From: Bacteroidia bacterium
GTDB lineage: Bacteria > Bacteroidota > Bacteroidia > M30B66
Direction of reading: 5' to 3'
Assembly (NCBI GenBank): GCA_965279035.1
Contig: OZ257142.1
Coordinates: 4,032,001-4,096,000 of the forward strand
Length of the DNA: 64,000 bases
The notes under the pieces: model-generated
What the model saw: only the letters and a program-made list of their open reading frames with translations
What the model was told of the DNA's origin: nothing
Database searches by the model: none
Made by a program: the position numbers and the translations under genes
Shown: positions 19,601 to 26,848 of the stretch, piece after piece
How positions within the stretch are numbered: position 1 is the first letter of the stretch
How the letters are laid out: each line of letters opens with the position of its first letter

Positions 19601-20830
19601 TGTACAAAATGGTTGTGCGTCATCGCAAAATCCAGTAGGTAAAATTACAGGTGCCTGACAAGTTCCGCAGGATAATGTTGCCGAAAATCCAGTGGAAGTT
19701 ACAGATCCGTTAGAAGTAAATACTAAAGTCAAACATCCTCCAGAATTGGTAGAACTGGCAACAGGTAGTGGAACTGAAAATCCAGAAAAAACACCTAATA
19801 AATCAGCTCCAGTATTGGGCCCATCATATACAGATAGTCGATCGAACGTTGCTTCTGTATTGAAACTTGTAAAGTTGAGTGCAACACATTGACCAGGAGT
19901 TCCCGAACAAATTGTTTGTGTAACACTTTGATTATTACCATAATTACCTAAAGCTCCAGGATCAACAAGAGTTCCACCACACGTGGTGATTGTATTTCCT
20001 CCAACACCAAGTATCATATTAGGAGTTTGACAAACTCCACATGCAACATTCGCTTGAAAGCCAGTACTATTAACAGATCCATTGGAAGTAAACTGAAGAG
20101 TCATGCAACCTCCAGAATTTGTTGAAGTAGACACCGGAGCTGGAATGGATGTACCTGAAAACACTCCTATTAAACCAGAGCTTGTGTTAGGTCCATCATA
20201 AATTGTTAGAAGATCAGCATCAGCTTCTGTATTGAAACTTGTAAACGTAAGTGAAACACATTGACCAACAACATCCGAACAAAATGTTTGAGTAATGGAT
20301 TCATTGTCTGAATAATTACCTGGACCACCTGCATCCATTAAAATTCCACTGCAACCAGAAATGGAAGCTCCACCTTGACCTAAAGTAATTGCAGGTGGAC
20401 ATGTAACGCAAGATATTGCAGCATTGAAACCTGTGTATGTTACTGAACCATCTGAAACAAATGAAAGAGTAATACAACCACCAGAAGCTCCTGTTGATGT
20501 TACAACGCCCGGACTAGTTGTTCCTGCATAAGTTCCTAAAACTGCAGCTAGTGTGCTGTTTCCGTCATAAATTGTTAATGGATCACAACAAGATTCAGTT
20601 TCAAATGCACCAAATGAAAGTTGTACACATTGTCCCGTACCAGAACAAATCGTTTGAGTTGTATTTAAACCATTGGTATAAGCTCCAAACCCACCTGGAT
20701 TTTCAAGTGTTCCACCACAATCAGTAATGGTTGTTCCTGTAGCGCCCATAATGTATGTTTGGGCGTTTGTTTTAACACCCCAACAGAGCATTAGAAGCAA
20801 CAAGCATCCTATATAACTGAAATTTTTCAT
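16622..20830 (-). CDS. Triple-CUB-domain / Ig / PKD surface protein with T9SS type-B CTD
   Basis: Three CUB-like repeats (CGG.L.D.G..GNY..TQTIC..F.TE...D.L.IYDG..GGC.TL.F.S.GS...GF.A); TPNPAWY/DVDFICWGPF module; C-terminal VYVPTAFTPNNDGYND..IYNRWGQ..GWDG. Confidence 0.9.
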   Translation of the reverse strand: MKNFSYIGCLLLLMLCWGVKTNAQTYIMGATGTTITDCGGTLENPGGFGAYTNGLNTTQTICSGTGQCVQLSFGAFETESCCDPLTIYDGNSTLAAVLGTYAGTTSPGVVTSTGASGGCITLSFVSDGSVTYTGFNAAISCVTCPPAITLGQGGASISGCSGILMDAGGPGNYSDNESITQTFCSDVVGQCVSLTFTSFNTEADADLLTIYDGPNTSSGLIGVFSGTSIPAPVSTSTNSGGCMTLQFTSNGSVNSTGFQANVACGVCQTPNMILGVGGNTITTCGGTLVDPGALGNYGNNQSVTQTICSGTPGQCVALNFTSFNTEATFDRLSVYDGPNTGADLLGVFSGFSVPLPVASSTNSGGCLTLVFTSNGSVTSTGFSATLSCGTCQAPVILPTGFCDDAQPFCTDVAGGITFPAATGTQSEFGGGISCLGSTPNPAWYFMKVQNTGPIDLQITSGFDVDFICWGPFSQTQWTNGVCTQVLDPVWAANATNVIDCSYSASATENCSIANAQAGEYYVLLLTNFSNLATNINFQQNGGTGSTDCSIFCSVDATPAPTVCDPTTNTYILAGTINFTNPPSTGSLTITNSSGGFLSFNAPFATSVNYNFTNLSSNGNAEQLTVVFSDDNTCAAIGNYNAPASCSQCPVQAGVSGPACEGQNVSLTASNVDNGQYTWIGPNGFASNLQNPVLTNVTPAMAGVYQVTALNPINNCSSISSVNVFVFATPATPTLSNSGPVCEGTPLNFTSNNYAGGTFSWSGPNSFTSSLQNPSIAAAANAANGNYSCIVSVNSCPSLPGSTTAVINPYPTTPVPTNNGPLCDGDNLQLNVPAIAGATYEWKNPIGTVISSNQNATVNAVTSSMSGVYTLRVQVNGCWSLAGSTTVNIYPIPTTPVLISNSPVCENTTLTITGPAPLPIVGTTYAWTGPGSFSAATQNISITNAQLTDAGQYSLVITEHGCSSAIGSITPVVIALPVSNAGSDLIVCSLEPAAIGAPPVAGYTYSWSPIGGLDFSTISNPTATISNMSGQPTDYTYIVTTTDQICSTKDTVVITVNPQPIASFIAPNPACFEGNSFNFDADGYYSANATFAWEFGPWANNATSTLESPQDIIYNSTGLQIVRLTITDRGCESNLYQAPVMVYKMPVANFISDFFVGCDPKVINFTNLSESDDPIKTRVWSFGNGRGAEIDNPTVLYNDPGVYDVSLTITSEKGCSNTYLINEMIRIYPTPNADFALNPEIVYITKPEMDFIDLSQGGDEVFYVVDDTAYIYQADTRYTFPDSGIYDIRQVVTTTFGCRDSLTKQAIVELGYKVYVPTAFTPNNDGYNDFFRVYGEDVTEFQMLIYNRWGQLLYSSYDMENGWDGRTLLKDNVCDGGVYIYKIDATQRSGIKTNYEGTVVLLR

Positions 20831-20832
20831 GG

Positions 20833-21222
20833 TCAGTTTTGTGATGAATTAGTATTCATTTCGTTTTTAATCCGTTCTAATTCTATATCCAATTCTTGAT
20901 AGGATAAAATATCAATCGGATTTCCCGGCACTGTTAAATACACGCGCTTACGCGTTTTTGCTTCTCTAATGTATTGATTGACATCAAAACTGTTGATATC
21001 AATAGCAGGACAATCAGGGCAAGGTTTCATTGTATTCACAACCCAAGAATTCCGAAAGATGAAATTCAATTGAGCAATCTTCAAAGCATCCATTTGAGAG
21101 ATCTGTTCTGCAGAATAATAACGGGATGCACGAGAATCCAATGTAGGGTTTGTGCTAGAAATTTGCTGAGCAAATAATGCACTTCCGGCAAACAGGGCAA
21201 GAAAAAGCAACGTGTGTTTCAC
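20833..21222 (-). CDS. Exported hypothetical protein with CxxC (PCPDCP), co-transcribed with the CUB protein
   Basis: GTG start, signal peptide, 2-nt gap to downstream gene, TATATTTG box at 21242-21249. Confidence 0.7.
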   Translation of the reverse strand: MKHTLLFLALFAGSALFAQQISSTNPTLDSRASRYYSAEQISQMDALKIAQLNFIFRNSWVVNTMKPCPDCPAIDINSFDVNQYIREAKTRKRVYLTVPGNPIDILSYQELDIELERIKNEMNTNSSQN

Positions 21223-21305
21223 AGGGTTTGTGTTGGGAATACAAATATATCAAAATATCAATTCGAAAAGCATGTATGTTGACTAACACCTTATTAGCAG
21301 ATGTA

Positions 21306-23483
21306 TCAAAGGTTTTCGAGAAGATAATCCGTCATTTTAGTGTATAAATGCAAACGAGTATTGCCACCATAAATTCCATGATTTTTATCTGGGTAGAAAA
21401 ATAAATCAAACTGCTTATTGGCTTTCACCAAGGCGGTTACCATTTCAACCGAATTTTGGAAATGAACATTATCATCACCCGTTCCATGTATCAATAAATA
21501 CTTGCCTTTCAAGCGTGCCACATGATTAATTGGAGAATTATCGTCATATCCTGATTCATTTTCCTCAGGTGTTTGCATGAAACGCTCTGTGTAAATGGAA
21601 TCGTAAAAACGCCAGTTCGTTACCGGAGCAACTGCAATAGCCATTTTGAATACATCTGCTCCCTTGGTAATACATAAAGAACTCATATATCCACCATAAC
21701 TCCAGCCTTGAATTCCAATACGAGAAGCATCTACATACGACTGAGCAGCCATGTATTTTGCAGCTTCAATTTGATCTTCCGTTTCGAGCTTTCCCAATTG
21801 CTTATAGGTCGATTTCTTAAACGCTTCTCCCCTATTTCCTGTACCTCGATTATCCACCGAAACTACGATGTAGCCTTTTTGTGCCAAATATTGATACCAC
21901 ATGTAGTTAGAACCTTCCCATTGATTCTCCACGGTGTTGTGTCCTGGACCACCATAAACTGTCATGAAAACCGGATATTTTTTACTTGCATCGAAGTTGG
22001 AAGGCTTAATCATCCAACCATTCAAGGCATTACCAGTGCTCGTTGTAAAACTGAAAAATTCCTTTTTAGATAAACGATAAGTAGCAAGCTTATCACGCAA
22101 CACCTTATTCGTTTCCAAAGATCGAATTAACTTTCCTTCTCCAGAATATAAACTGTAATCAGCCGGTGCATTTGCACTACTCTGATTCAACACGAAATAG
22201 CTGAAGTTACTGCTAAACTCAGGATTCTGATGTCCGTTTACTGGCAATAAATTCTTTTGGCCTTTACCGGTAAGTTTCACCGTAAACAGGCTTCTATCCA
22301 TAGGCGTTGGAGCTGCCGCTTGAAAATACAACGTGCCTGTTTTTTCATTGATACCATAAAACTCCGTGATATCGAAGTTGCCACTGCTCAATGCGTTAAT
22401 CTTCTTTCCATCCATTCCATAGAGATACAAATGGTTAAATCCTCCTAATTCAGATGACCAGATAAAACGCTTTCCATCAGCCAAAAAGCGAAGATTATCG
22501 TGAATGTCAATATAGGTTTCAGACTTCTCTTCCAATAAAGTACGAATACTACCGGAAGCTGGATTGGCTAATAAAAGTTCTAGGTGGTTTTGATGACGAT
22601 TCATGCGTGTAACACATAATTCAGAACCATTCGAAGTCCACTGTACACGTGGAATGTATTGATTTTTATCATCTCCAGTTAGCATTTTCACCGAACTGTT
22701 TCCAGCCAAGGAATACACAAAAACATTCACTAAAGAATTGTCTTCACCTGCTTTTGGATATTTGAATGTGTACAAACCTGGATATAAACTACCATAGGTT
22801 TGCATGTTATATTCTTTCACTTCGTGTTCATCGAACCGTAAATAGGCGATTTTAGATCCATCAGGTGACCAGAAAAAGCCTTGACTTAGGGCAAATTCTT
22901 CTTCATACACCCAATCGGTAGCACCATTGATGATTTCATTTTGCTTACCATCTTTTGTCACAGCTGTTTCTTTACCTGAACTTAAGTCCTTAACAAACAA
23001 ATTATTGTCGCGCACAAAAGCAACGTTTTTCCCATCGGGTGAAAAATCAGCGTATTGCTGTTTGCCCGTACTCAGGTAATTGGCAGTTTTCTTTTCTAAA
23101 TCAATTACAACAAAAGCACTTCGGCTCGAATAGCGATAAATTGGCTCCGACTCCGTTGGTACTAAAAGTTTTTTCTCATCCTTGCTAAACGTGTAAGAAT
23201 CAAATTGAATGGTTTTATTTCCGGGAAGTGTGATGCTCGCTGGTGAATAAATATCTCCTACTTTCAAGCCGGTTGAATAAGCGTACTTCTCAATACTAAC
23301 GCCTGATTCATCAATTTTTAGTGTGCTATAATGTTGTCCGTCCTGCATCGGTGAAACGCCCATAACCATGGAAGGTCTAAACATTGGACTTGCCCAAATT
23401 TCTTGAAGGGAAAGATCTTTCAGAGGCTGAGCAAATAGGCCAGCATGCATTACTACAGCTAAGAGAATCAGCAATTTACGCAT
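21306..23483 (-). CDS. S9B family dipeptidyl peptidase IV
   Basis: DWVYEEE, YPKAG, GIQGWSYGGY nucleophile, HGTGDDNVHFQNS, NHGI. Start MRKLLILL at 23483 (ORF track 23570). Confidence 0.95.
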   Translation of the reverse strand: MRKLLILLAVVMHAGLFAQPLKDLSLQEIWASPMFRPSMVMGVSPMQDGQHYSTLKIDESGVSIEKYAYSTGLKVGDIYSPASITLPGNKTIQFDSYTFSKDEKKLLVPTESEPIYRYSSRSAFVVIDLEKKTANYLSTGKQQYADFSPDGKNVAFVRDNNLFVKDLSSGKETAVTKDGKQNEIINGATDWVYEEEFALSQGFFWSPDGSKIAYLRFDEHEVKEYNMQTYGSLYPGLYTFKYPKAGEDNSLVNVFVYSLAGNSSVKMLTGDDKNQYIPRVQWTSNGSELCVTRMNRHQNHLELLLANPASGSIRTLLEEKSETYIDIHDNLRFLADGKRFIWSSELGGFNHLYLYGMDGKKINALSSGNFDITEFYGINEKTGTLYFQAAAPTPMDRSLFTVKLTGKGQKNLLPVNGHQNPEFSSNFSYFVLNQSSANAPADYSLYSGEGKLIRSLETNKVLRDKLATYRLSKKEFFSFTTSTGNALNGWMIKPSNFDASKKYPVFMTVYGGPGHNTVENQWEGSNYMWYQYLAQKGYIVVSVDNRGTGNRGEAFKKSTYKQLGKLETEDQIEAAKYMAAQSYVDASRIGIQGWSYGGYMSSLCITKGADVFKMAIAVAPVTNWRFYDSIYTERFMQTPEENESGYDDNSPINHVARLKGKYLLIHGTGDDNVHFQNSVEMVTALVKANKQFDLFFYPDKNHGIYGGNTRLHLYTKMTDYLLENL

Positions 23484-23646
23484 AGGTATTTTTTTTAAGA
23501 CCGTAAAAGTAACAGAATCAAACCGAACACACATGCTTACAGGTAAAATCGGTGTTATTAGAAGAATCATTCACATTCGGGTATGGACAACTCCTTACAG
23601 AAATAGAATACCGACAGCAGGTTTCGAATACTTTTGAATCCAATAC

Positions 23647-24678
23647 ATGAAAATCAGCTACAGGAATTTCGAGATCCCTTTTCAATACCCGTTTTCCATT
23701 TCGGGAGGAAGAACTAAAACGCATCAGCCCAGCTTGGTTGTATGCATCGAACATCAAGGTTTGAAAGGATTTGGAGAAGCTCCGGCAATCCTTTACTACA
23801 ACATTTCTGTAGATAAAATGATTGCTGATTTAAACGATCGATTGAACGAATTAGAAAACTTCGACTTTCAACATCCTGAAGCATTTGGGGCATTTGCATT
23901 TTCCCTGTTCCCAGAAAACTCTTTCCTAGTCTGTGCGCTTGATATGGCTGCTTGGGACTTGTATGGAAAAAAGCAACAAAAACCATTATATCAACTCTGG
24001 AGTACAGAATGGAAAAACCTTCCCTTGAGTGATTACACCCTTGGAATAGATGAAATTACTGTGATGTTGCGCAAAATGGACGAGCATCCTTGGCCTATTT
24101 ACAAAGTGAAATTGGGAAGCGAAAAGGACATTGAAATCATTGAGGCATTACGATCTCATACTTCCGTTCCTTTAAGAATAGATGTAAATGGAGGTTGGAC
24201 TTTACAGGAAGCAATTGAAAAAATCGAACAATTAAGAAGCTTTGGAATTGAACTCATTGAGCAGCCTCTTTCAAAAGCAGAGCGACACTTAATGCCACAA
24301 CTAAAAGCTCATTCCAGCATTCCTCTTATAGCCGATGAAAGCTGTGTACACGAAAAAGATGTAGAAAATTGCGCAGAAGGATTTCATGGTATTAACATCA
24401 AACTCACCAAATGCGGAGGAATTTCACCTTCCTTACGCATGATTAAAACCGCTCGAAAATTGGGTTTAAAAGTCATGATGGGCAACATGAATGAATCGAG
24501 TATTGGGACTTCCGCCATTGCCCACTTTTTACCTCAACTCGATTTTGTGGATATGGATGGACCGCTCTTGTTAGTTGGAGATCTAGCTTCCGGATTAGAA
24601 CTGCAAAACGGCATGGCCAAACTTTCTAATCAGCCCGGTTTGGGTATTATTCCCACCTTTGAAATGACGATTGCTTAA
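23647..24678 (+). CDS. Dipeptide epimerase (L-Ala-D/L-Glu epimerase, enolase superfamily)
   Basis: GFGEA, YKVKLG (KxK), DVNGGW, EQP, ADES, NIKLTKCGG, DMDG (DxD). Confidence 0.9.
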   Translation: MKISYRNFEIPFQYPFSISGGRTKTHQPSLVVCIEHQGLKGFGEAPAILYYNISVDKMIADLNDRLNELENFDFQHPEAFGAFAFSLFPENSFLVCALDMAAWDLYGKKQQKPLYQLWSTEWKNLPLSDYTLGIDEITVMLRKMDEHPWPIYKVKLGSEKDIEIIEALRSHTSVPLRIDVNGGWTLQEAIEKIEQLRSFGIELIEQPLSKAERHLMPQLKAHSSIPLIADESCVHEKDVENCAEGFHGINIKLTKCGGISPSLRMIKTARKLGLKVMMGNMNESSIGTSAIAHFLPQLDFVDMDGPLLLVGDLASGLELQNGMAKLSNQPGLGIIPTFEMTIA

Positions 24679-24689
24679 CCTCTTGACCA

Positions 24690-26096
24690 ATGTCAAAGTC
24701 AACTATACAAACTGCCGATTTAACCTTTTTCAGCGAAGTTCTTGGTAAGGAATTCGTGCTGTTCGACCCGGAAAACCTGCAAACTCATTCGCACGACGAA
24801 ACCGAAGATTTGCGCTACTTACCCGAAGTAGTGCTTCGACCCGAAACACCGGAGCAAATCAGTCAGATTCTAAAACACTGTAATAGCCGAGGAATTCCGG
24901 TAACGACTCGAGGTGGTGGAACAGGACTTAGTGGTGGAGCTCTTCCAATTCATGGTGGTGTGGTGTTGTCGATGAGTCGTTTTAACCGCATACTCGAAAT
25001 AGATGAACGCAACCTTCAGGCAACAGTCGAACCGGGCGTTATTACACAAGTTTTCCAGGAAGCAGTAATTGAAAAAGGTTTGTTTTATCCACCCGATCCA
25101 TCCAGCCGTGGAACCTGTTTTATTGGAGGTAATTTAGCCCATTGCTCGGGTGGACCACGTGCGGTGAAATATGGCGTAACGCGCGATTATGTGCTTGATT
25201 TAGAAGTAGTGTTAGCTTCCGGAGAAATTATTCATACGGGCGCTAAAGTCCTTAAAAACTCCACTGGTTACAACCTCACGCAATTGATGGTGGGCAGCGA
25301 AGGAACACTGGGCGTGATTACCAAAGTAGTGTTCAAACTCCTACCCTATCCGCGCATGAATAAGGTTTTGTTAGCACCATTTCGTTCACCTTTAGATGCA
25401 TGTGCTGCGGTTTCGGCCATCTTCCGAGAAGGCATTATTCCATCGGCCTTGGAATTTATGGAACGCGATGCCATCGATTGGACCTTGCATTTCCGCACCG
25501 ACATCAACATCCAAATTGGAGATGAAGAACAAGCGCATTTGCTCATCGAGGTAGATGGTAACGATGAAGAAACAATCCTCAAAGACATTGAACGCATTGT
25601 GCCGGTGCTCGAAGCGCATCACTGCATGGAAATATTGTTTGCTGAATCAGAAGCTCAAAAAACCGATCTCTGGAAACTCCGCCGCAGTGTTGCCGAAGCG
25701 GTGAAATCGAATTCCACCTATAAAGAAGAAGATACTGTTGTCCCACGCGCCGAATTGCCTGTTTTGCTTTCAGGAGTAAAAGAAATCGGGGCGAAATACG
25801 GCTTCAAATCGGTGTGTTACGGACATGCCGGCGATGGAAATTTGCACGTCAACATCATCAAAGGCGATATGAGCGAGGCCCAATGGAAAGAAGACGTAAC
25901 TAAAGGAATTCGTGAAATTTTCACTTTAGTAGTTTCTCTTGGTGGAACATTGAGCGGCGAACATGGAATTGGCTTGGTTCAACAACCTTACATGCCCATC
26001 GCTTTTTCGGAAGTTCAATTAGAACTCATGCGTGGAATCAAAAACGTATTCGACCCAAAAGGCATTCTCAATCCAGGAAAGATTTTCAACGTGTGA
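24690..26096 (+). CDS. FAD-linked oxidase, GlcD/D-2-hydroxyacid (D-lactate) dehydrogenase family
   Basis: RGGGTGLSGG, YPPDPSS, GSEGTLG, GHAGDGNLH, SGEHGIG, FDPKGILNPGK. Confidence 0.92.
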   Translation: MSKSTIQTADLTFFSEVLGKEFVLFDPENLQTHSHDETEDLRYLPEVVLRPETPEQISQILKHCNSRGIPVTTRGGGTGLSGGALPIHGGVVLSMSRFNRILEIDERNLQATVEPGVITQVFQEAVIEKGLFYPPDPSSRGTCFIGGNLAHCSGGPRAVKYGVTRDYVLDLEVVLASGEIIHTGAKVLKNSTGYNLTQLMVGSEGTLGVITKVVFKLLPYPRMNKVLLAPFRSPLDACAAVSAIFREGIIPSALEFMERDAIDWTLHFRTDINIQIGDEEQAHLLIEVDGNDEETILKDIERIVPVLEAHHCMEILFAESEAQKTDLWKLRRSVAEAVKSNSTYKEEDTVVPRAELPVLLSGVKEIGAKYGFKSVCYGHAGDGNLHVNIIKGDMSEAQWKEDVTKGIREIFTLVVSLGGTLSGEHGIGLVQQPYMPIAFSEVQLELMRGIKNVFDPKGILNPGKIFNV

Positions 26097-26101
26097 TGCA
26101 T

Positions 26102-26233
26102 TTGGGCGTGCCCTTTTTGCCTTCACGCAAATGCCTTCGCACTCAAGGTCGCGCTTTCCGCTATACTCCACATCGCCAGCCTTCGCTTTTAGCTACGGCA
26201 GGCGATGCGGGGTGTCGCTGCAATCGCTCACGC
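26102..26233 (+). repeat. Structured intergenic repeat / candidate ncRNA, copy 1
   Basis: TTGGGCGTG...CGCTCACGC termini; internal CATCGCC..GGCGATG hairpin containing CCTTCGCTTTTAGCTACGGC; homologous to 36996-37112 and 37334-37485. Confidence 0.7.
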
Positions 26234-26273
26234 GGGGTTCGGAATAATCATGCATCATCCCGTCGCATGTTAA

Positions 26274-26464
26274 CCCCGGATTGAAATCCAGAGCTACTGG
26301 CAACTAACACAATCATTCTTCAAGCACCCCCGGATTTCAATCCGGGGATTCCAACCTACGACGAGGAATCTTAATTCGATTATCTTGCATCCCCGGATTG
26401 AAATCCGGGGCTACCGGCAACGATCACAATCATTCAACTAGCACCCCCGGATTTCAATCCGGGG
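26274..26464. repeat. GTAG-family REP cluster (BIME-like): four CCCCGGATTTCAATCCGGGG-type palindromes as two inverted doublets
   Basis: Copies at 26274-26297(-), 26328-26347(+), 26391-26414(-), 26445-26464(+). Minus copies carry a 5' GTAG; unit period is 117 bp. Confidence 0.85.
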
Positions 26465-26482
26465 ACCTTACACCTCCACCCT

Positions 26483-26848
26483 ATGCAAAACAACATCCTC
26501 TGGCACGATCTCACCGTTGACGATGCCGCGAAAGTCAGCGAGTTTTACGAAAAAGTAGCAGGCTGGGAACGCCAAAGCTTCGACATGGGTGGATATAACG
26601 ATTATGTAATGTCGCCCGAAGAGGGAGAAGATCCCATTGCAGGTATTTGTTATGCACGCGGCAGCAATAAAGACATACCGCCACAATGGCTCATGTATGT
26701 GAATGTGGAAAATCTCGACAAAAGCCTTGAAGCGGTTACACGTTTGGGAGGAAAAGTCTTAGGAGACAAACGCAAAATGGGCGACGATGGCAAATTCTAT
26801 TGCCTCATACAAGATCCTGCAGGAGCGTATATGATGTTATGTGGTTAG
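26483..26848 (+). CDS. VOC (glyoxalase/bleomycin-resistance) family protein
   Basis: WHDLTVDD..FYEKV.GW, PPQWLMYVNV, GGKVL, CLIQDPAGA. Confidence 0.88.
   Translation: MQNNILWHDLTVDDAAKVSEFYEKVAGWERQSFDMGGYNDYVMSPEEGEDPIAGICYARGSNKDIPPQWLMYVNVENLDKSLEAVTRLGGKVLGDKRKMGDDGKFYCLIQDPAGAYMMLCG

Noticed and set aside
26032-26284. Short ORFs 26032-26247 and 26093-26284 (likewise 36987-37217)
   Set aside because: They run through the structured repeat elements and have no protein-like features
26274-26464. Possible CRISPR array
   Set aside because: Repeats alternate in orientation, the linkers are themselves duplicated, and no cas genes are present; the pattern fits REP/BIME
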